From positions 19,468,001 through 19,532,000 of the forward strand of contig OX597816.1 of the NCBI GenBank assembly GCA_951406725.2: DNA of 64,000 nt, in the 5' to 3' direction. This stretch comes from Octopus vulgaris (lineage: Eukaryota). A model generated the notes under the pieces. That model was not told where the DNA came from, did no database searches, and saw nothing but the letters and a program-made list of their open reading frames with translations. Positions within the stretch are counted from its first letter, which is position 1. Each line of letters opens with the position of its first letter. A program made the translations under genes and the position numbers. Of this stretch, positions 56,900 to 64,000 are shown in pieces.

Positions 56900-57308
56900 C
56901 GGCGAGCTGTCAGAACTGTTAGCATGCCGGGGGAAATGCTATAGTATTTCGTCTGCCGTTATGTTCTTTGTTCAAATTCCACCGAGGTCGACTTTGCCTT
57001 TCCTCATTTCGGGTTCGATAAATTAACTACCAGTTACGCAGTGGGGTCGATGTAATCGACTTAATGTCCTTGTTTGTCTCCTCTATGTTTAGCCCCTTGT
57101 GGGTAATAAAGAAAGAAGAACCGTTAGCATGCCGGGCGAAATGTTAAGCAGTATTTCGTCTGCCGCTACGTCCTGAGTTCAAATTCCGCCGAAATCGACT
57201 TTCATCCTTTCGAGGTCGATAAATTAATTACCAGTTGCGTACTGTTATCGACGTAATTGACATACACCTTCCCAAGAATTTCAGGCCTTGTGTCTATAGC
57301 AGAAAGGA
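56900..57308 (+). mobile_element. SINE family B dimer
   Basis: Two consecutive units (56900-57115 and 57118-57308). Confidence 0.88.
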
Positions 57309-59919
57309 ATATGTACCATTCATTTTGATAGTTTACCACTCCGTATAAATTCCACCGTTATCAATTTATTGACGTCTGTACTTTAACACAGAAGTAATTA
57401 AACTATGTTGTTTGCTTTAGTAAAGCTTCTTCGATTACTAAGATAACTACGCTCATCGCGTTTATCAAAACATACATGTTCGATTATGCTATATTTCTCT
57501 GCAAATTCTTACAGCATTTCAAAAAATAGGAACCTTTAACATTGTATTACTTATATTGTGTTGAAAAAATAGAAAGATTTTATTAGTGGCTTTAACAGTG
57601 ATATATTTTTGAAATCATGTTGCTTTCAGTGAAATTTTACAAAGAACATTATTAAAAAAATATTGGCATGGATTATTTATCTTCTTTTTACAGCGTTTCC
57701 CGGCGTAGTTAAGTCTATAAATAATAGCTTGTGGGATACTAGGTCGAATCCACATGGATGGTGAAAAAAAGGAATGTCCCTGGGATAGCCATCAATCTTT
57801 TTTCCCCTTGAAAGAAATCTTCAGCTAATATTCTACACACGACTATTTATAGTTTTGTTTACATTAGGCTCCACCTTAGAATAGATTGCTTCGGTTTTCT
57901 CAAAGTTTCGAAATATTTTTGAATTAACTTCTTTTAAAATAGTTTAACAAAAAGTATTTATATTAAATATTTATTTGTAAAAACTCAGTACACGAATTCT
58001 ACAATGCAAAATTTATTGAAATGATCTTTATACGAACTATGTTGCTATTCAATCCTCTACAATCATCTTTATGATGTGTCTTTCTGGCAATGCAGTTGAA
58101 TTCTCTTTGATTTGCGAATATTCTCAGGTTTGTTGGGTCACCCATTCTGTTAATAAAACAACATACAATTGTATATGCGTTGCGCAAATCAGGGTCGGAT
58201 TCAGAATTTTGCAGGAGCCAGATATAAATCAGTTCACTTTGTCCGGGACTGTCGTTATATTATTTATATCTTCTCACAAAATATATTCCCGTATTTTAAT
58301 CGTGGTAGTAATTTCTTCCACAAAGATTTCTTGAATCTTCTCTTCATGCTCAAATTGATCTTATCTCAAGGCACGTTTCTATTTATAAAGCAAACAATGT
58401 AAACACGAAAAGCATGACGTCAGCCCTTTCACATGTAGATTGTAGTCACAATTAAACTTTTTAATGTCGTTTTACGATAAGTAGTACATAACGAAAGATA
58501 GAAATATGAAACTATGCTATATGACTTAGAAAAATCTATTTCTTTGTGTTAAAAAGCTTTGTCAGGTGAATTCATAATTTATCAAAAATGCAACAATGAA
58601 AAGCGTGAGGTCTCTAGGGAAATGAAAAGTGACAGTTGTTCTGCCAAAATATTTTTGAGAAGAAATGTTATTTCGAGCACATAAAATTATAAATACGGAA
58701 TTAATAATAATAATACAAATAATCATTAATAATAGAATAAGAAATTATAAAATTTCCTATAGATGTATAAATTTAAAGCATGAAAGAAATAATATATAAA
58801 ATTCTTATCAATTGATATTGTATGCATTTTATATTTTGTTTTCAAGCTGAGATTTCGTATGTACGTCTTCAAATATTGTAAATGGAAAAATGTATTGAAA
58901 TGTTAAAATACATCTCTCCCATACATTTACACCTTTTTAGCTTCTCTTTCATAATTATAGTTGTGTAAATTTGTTTCTATAGTGTGTGTATACGTATGCA
59001 TAAATGTCTGTATAAATGTATGTAAATGTACATATGTATGTGTGTGTGTATCGGATATAATTCTGTTCTTTATAGATCATATGTATGTGTAAGCGATCAT
59101 TCTCACAGCTGAGAACTTAGCAACACATCGCAGCTCAGAAATATATCATCGTCAACAGTATGATTGACCTGGATACAACTCACTGGCCTGCTTGCTGGAA
59201 GTAGAATGCGTGGTGCCTGACATGTAAAACCCATAAAGAAAATAGATTAGGGTTAGTTCAGCAACTGTTGACTATATTCTATGGAGTGGGGGCGCTCTGA
59301 ATATGGCTATTAGAGAATCACTGTTCAGTCATAGAAGCGCAAATAATAACGGACGACAAAAATATATCAGAGAAGGCATTGCTGAGAAATTTACTAGAGA
59401 CAATGGTAATGGTGTTATCGAAGCATTAGATGCGACAATGGCTTTCGTTTATGTTTTTAATGGCTTTCAAGAGAAAGAGCGAGAGCGAGAGAGATACATC
59501 TTTTCGTTCTCATCCTTTTGGAATAGATAAAATGAGTACCAGATGTGCATTTGAGTCGAAGTAATTCACTTCCCCTCCATTCAAATTGATGTTTTATGCA
59601 GAAATTACAAGCAGAATGAGAAAGAGAATATTTAGAAGTGCAGCCGTTTTGCAATAACAGCTAGAATATTTTAGTGTAAAATATTTACAGAGAGCTTAGG
59701 TCAAACTCAAAATTTATATTCTGTACCAATAGTTAATAGGAAATAGGTATAGCTACAGCTAACCGGGACAAGATATTGATATCTAGCCTCATACTGAAAT
59801 AAGTACTTTATCATTGTGTATCTGTTTTTTTTATTAACACATGCATGCATTCAATATAAATACATTCATAGATATAAATACATATATACACCCATATGTA
59901 TACACACACACAGATATAA

Positions 59920-59991
<72 letters not shown>

Positions 59992-59994
<3 letters not shown>

Positions 59995-60115
59995 AACTTG
60001 ACCGACCAGTCCGCTGGGTGTCCATTTGACACCGCTGGTCACAGCACGCTGTCCACTCCTCTCCTCTCATCATCAGTACGAGTGCCGGTCGAGAAGGGAG
60101 TGAAACAAGGAGATA

Positions 60116-60120
<5 letters not shown>
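59992..60120. mobile_element. Short RTE-like insertion in (TA)n with apparent 5' inversion
   Basis: Plus strand 60073-60120 reads [16 protein letters not shown] (RT GVxQGD motif). The left part reads on minus as [10 protein letters not shown]. Confidence 0.55.
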
Positions 60121-60183
<63 letters not shown>

Positions 60184-60491
60184 AAGAAAACAGGTTACCG
60201 CCAGACTTCGTATTCGTTATCTATTCCTTCTGTTTTGCATATGTGAATTACAGGGTTTGTCATGCCCGGAGTCCAACTTTGATAGAAATAAGCATTCTTG
60301 ACTGCTATTTCTATTTTTTCGGTATGCGGTCAAGCAACCTGTTTGCCTGTCCCTTTTTCTTATATACAATATATATACTGAACTTTACAGAAGTTCCTGC
60401 CGGTAATCGGCTATATTTACATACCGAATTCTACCAGTAAATAATTGGGTTTTTTTTAAAGGCCTTTATAGAAATTATTTACTCTTATTAT

Positions 60492-60539
<48 letters not shown>

Positions 60540-60540
<1 letters not shown>

Positions 60541-60701
60541 AAGTTAATCCAAACAAGAAAGCACAAAAAACAACACAAAAACGCGAGGACGTGGAACAAA
60601 TATAGTATTATTGGACGTCCAGGAAAGAAGGAGGGTTCAACGTTTCGAGTGGAGCTCTTCGTCGGAAACATAAGAGAAGGAAAGATCCAGAGAAGGGAAA
60701 G

Positions 60702-60703
<2 letters not shown>
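60540..60703 (-). mobile_element. pLTR-type fragment with CCGACGA hammerhead-like motif (60635-60669)
   Basis: Minus strand GTTT-CCGACGA-A-GAGCTCCACTC-GAAAC-GTT-GAAC. Lies between (TA)n and (GATA)n. Confidence 0.75.
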
Positions 60704-60800
<97 letters not shown>

Positions 60801-61731
60801 GAGTGGGAAGATGAGTGAGAGAATGAAAAGGAGAAACATAGGTACACATATAATCACAGAAACACGCTTATTCATGGACACAGAGGCATGTATTTAATAA
60901 GTACGTGTGCGCATACATATATCGACAGGTATACACAGTGTGATAGAAAGGCTGAGGAATATTTCGATACATGATACATTCAATTCCACATGCACATATG
61001 CATTCATAGACACACGTCTTAGTGCTGAGTTGTGTACATAGTGTGGAATTTCAAATACAATTACAATTTCCAGCTACATGCCTATTTACATTAGAGTTAA
61101 TTAAATTTTTCCATCATATGAATGCTTAGCAGAAAAGATATGGTGAAAGCACGTATATGATATACGCTATAGCCCAGCAATAAACAGTAAGCTTATTAAA
61201 TTCGTGTCTTAAAATTGCATACTATTATACAATAGACTGTTGTTAATTCAATTGTGATAACATTTATTATATTACGTTTTATTTAGAATTTGTTATATTT
61301 TTTTGTTTTATTCTGAAATTATCTTGAAATATGGTCTGTTGTTTATTGTTTTCTTGACGTTGAATGTTTTTGTTAAATAAATTTTTAAATAGGTTTAATT
61401 CAGGAAGCATCCTGGATATAAAGCTAATTAGAAATACATGTGACGTAAATATAAATAGAATTTCCTATTTTGATGCTATTTAAAGCAATTAACTAAATGT
61501 ATGTTTTGTAGTTAAAGTAGGCGAAACCTACATATACATTGAGATGGAGAAATGAATATAGTCAGATGAGAAGTGTATGCGTGAGAGATGAGGAAAGAGA
61601 AAAAAGAACGAGAGAATTGCCAACATACTTTAGCATATAAACACCTTATCCAATGGCCTCGCATGCATATATGTACATATAATTAAGTTCGTAATCTGCT
61701 TTTCTGTCAATTTTTAATTTCTCTTTCACAG

Positions 61732-61779
61732 CTTCAATATGTCGTATTTTCTGCAATGTAACTAACTGCCTCATTTACG
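61732..61779 (+). other. Candidate micro-exon (48 nt, phase 1-1)
   Basis: TTTCTCTTTCACAG acceptor and CG|GTATGT donor. One open frame, SICRIFCNVTNCLIY. Confidence 0.3.
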
Positions 61780-62019
61780 GTATGTACCATTTTATTTGCG
61801 TTTCTATGTCAATGCATATTTCATTAGATTTATATCATATTCGGCATTTAAATATGAATTATGTATCTGCAACATTTATGTACGCACACACATACGCGCG
61901 CGCACGTACATACATACAAAACACATATATTGAAACATATATCACTATATCAAGCAATTTTGTGAATGTCTATATTTTCACCAGTAAACTCTACATGATA
62001 TATATATATATGTATATAT

Positions 62020-62115
<96 letters not shown>

Positions 62116-62118
<3 letters not shown>

Positions 62119-62330
62119 TGAATTATATTTGCCACTTAAATGTGGCTAACCCCTAAGGGTGGACGCTACGGTTGCTTGTAGCCCCAGAATGGCTTCCCTT
62201 TGCAAATACTGATAGGGAACAGAAAGTGTGTCAATAGCCATCTGGAGGAGGTATCATCCTGGGGCTACAAGCTACAGTAGCATCCACCTTTAAGGGTTAG
62301 CCACATTTAAGTGACAAATATACTTCACGA
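62116..62330. mobile_element. MITE-like hairpin element with ~75-bp inverted arms
   Basis: TGAATTATATTTGCCACTTAAATGTGGCTAACCC...GCTTGTAGCCCCAG mirrors CTGGGGCTACAAGC...GGGTTAGCCACATTTAAGTGACAAATATACTTCA. Confidence 0.9.
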
Positions 62331-64000
62331 TGTCGTGCATCTACTGTTTATACCGCGCTCAGAGATTTATTATTGTTTATATATATATATATGTATGTAT
62401 GTATGTAATAAAGCCGTAAAGGCGTCTCAGATGAAGCCTAGAGCCATGCCTGAAAGCACAACAGAGTTCTTCACTTACAAATCCTTTAATTTCAACTTAA
62501 GTTCATGTGAAACGTTCTAGATCAAATGTGAAGGAGTACTTCAAATTTAACTACAGAAAGACGTGAGACCATTGACATAGTAAGCGATCGGAACCAATAT
62601 GCTCTCCACAGCCGATCTGTGTTTAATCCACCATAACTTGAAATTCAGAGCAGTATTTCGGATCACCCAGTCACCGATTTCCAGATATCTCTGAAGAAAT
62701 GAGATGTGGAACGTAGCAGAATGGGAAGAGAGTGTACTTTACGGTATGTAGAAAGACAAAATGCAAAAAAAAAAATCAGTCTAAGGACATTGAATGTATC
62801 AAATGAAATATTCCAATCATTTACTCACACAATGCATGTATCTGGTTATAAGTGTGTATGTTGGTATGTCGGTATGATTTTGGCGTCTGTATTAGTCATC
62901 ATATTTACCATTAGTATACTGATAGATTTTTAATGTTGATGACTGTCTATGGTCTTGTTAATGCTCCTCATTTCTCTCGATGAAGCAATTTGCAGCTTCC
63001 GAAGTTTGAGATGTCGTAGAGTTCATACAACCGATTTCTGTATATTTTGAGTGATATACCATGTTTTGATTATAAATCAAAATTCCTACTGCTCTATTAC
63101 TAAGACATTGTCCGCTGCAGCTTTGAAGCCAAACATTTCAACTGCCAGTACTGTAGCGCTTTTCGTTTTTATCGCGTATACCTGTATGGGAATACAGTAA
63201 ATCACATCACATGTAAAACGAAACTAAACATTATTTGCAATGTTGAGACTTGTAGAAATTCATATAACTACAACTACACCGCTTAAATAATATTTAACAT
63301 ATTCTAATAAATTCTATAGTCGCTGTCTGTAAGACAAATATAAAATCATTTCTTTCGTTCTGGGGCAGCATTCAATAAATTTTATTGGCGGATATATTAT
63401 TAGAGTGGATCTTACTTGACAAATCCCGATCATAGCCGTAAATGTATATAAGTGCGAACAGCTACCACGGTGTTGCTCAACATTTTAGGAGTTTCTTCAA
63501 TCACAAGCAGACATAGATATATTCTCGATCCTTACCCTTTTCTCCGTGAGGAATATCCAGGATGTGACATTTCGAGGCAGAGAGGGCTGCACTAGAAATC
63601 AGCTTGCATTTATATGCTGTTCCATACACAAAAGCAATGTGAAATCGTATGATTTACTCATGAACACGCTGCGCCGCCTGATCCAAAATGTAAACTCATG
63701 GCCTTATGATATTGAAGCGAAAATCCTTCAACAGTGAACCATATACGGCCGTAGCAACCTGTCCTCAATTTAAACTAAAAAGAACATCAACGATAAGTTT
63801 TTAGCACTAGATTAATGCAGATATAATCCTCTTACATGTTCTTATGTCATGCGATCATACGTTGTATTCATAATATAAATGGAACTGCAATTTCTGGAGT
63901 CCAGCAGGTTCCTTCTTTAGCCCACGGTAAGCGTACCGCCTAAGAAATTAGATAAATAATTCTAATATTTATTTTCTTATATTTTTATTGACTGATATTT

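Noticed and set aside
60186-60350. Overlapping short hairpins (TAGAAATA/TATTTCTA, CTTGACTGC/GCGGTCAAG)
   Set aside because: Short stems with no second copy or known motif to support a function.

Overview
AT-rich eukaryotic non-coding DNA, intronic or intergenic, with very many microsatellites ((TA)n, (CA)n, (GATA)n, (AAT)n, (GAA)n). The SINE families and microsatellite load resemble an octopus/cephalopod genome; this is an inference. There is no intact protein-coding gene, and almost all listed ORFs are translated microsatellites. The window holds about 30 tRNA-derived SINE copies from several families and decayed LINE pieces (CR1-group, Hero-type, Dong/R4, RTE, and an ORF1-only Tx1/L1-like element). 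It also holds Tc1/mariner and Tigger/pogo remnants and several foldback elements. The main signal is a dense, diverse set of type I hammerhead ribozyme motifs of the Penelope-like pLTR kind. At least two have canonical cores and full stems (14536-14605, 50758-50818). Others have family-level core variants, sit inside foldbacks, are fused behind a tRNA-derived head, or have the core deleted. Other points are a four-level nested insertion, a SINE/LINE pair sharing a 3' hairpin with compensatory changes, a foldback with a TTAGGG core, a locally templated inverted insertion, and two candidate micro-exons. All coordinates and alignments were read by eye.
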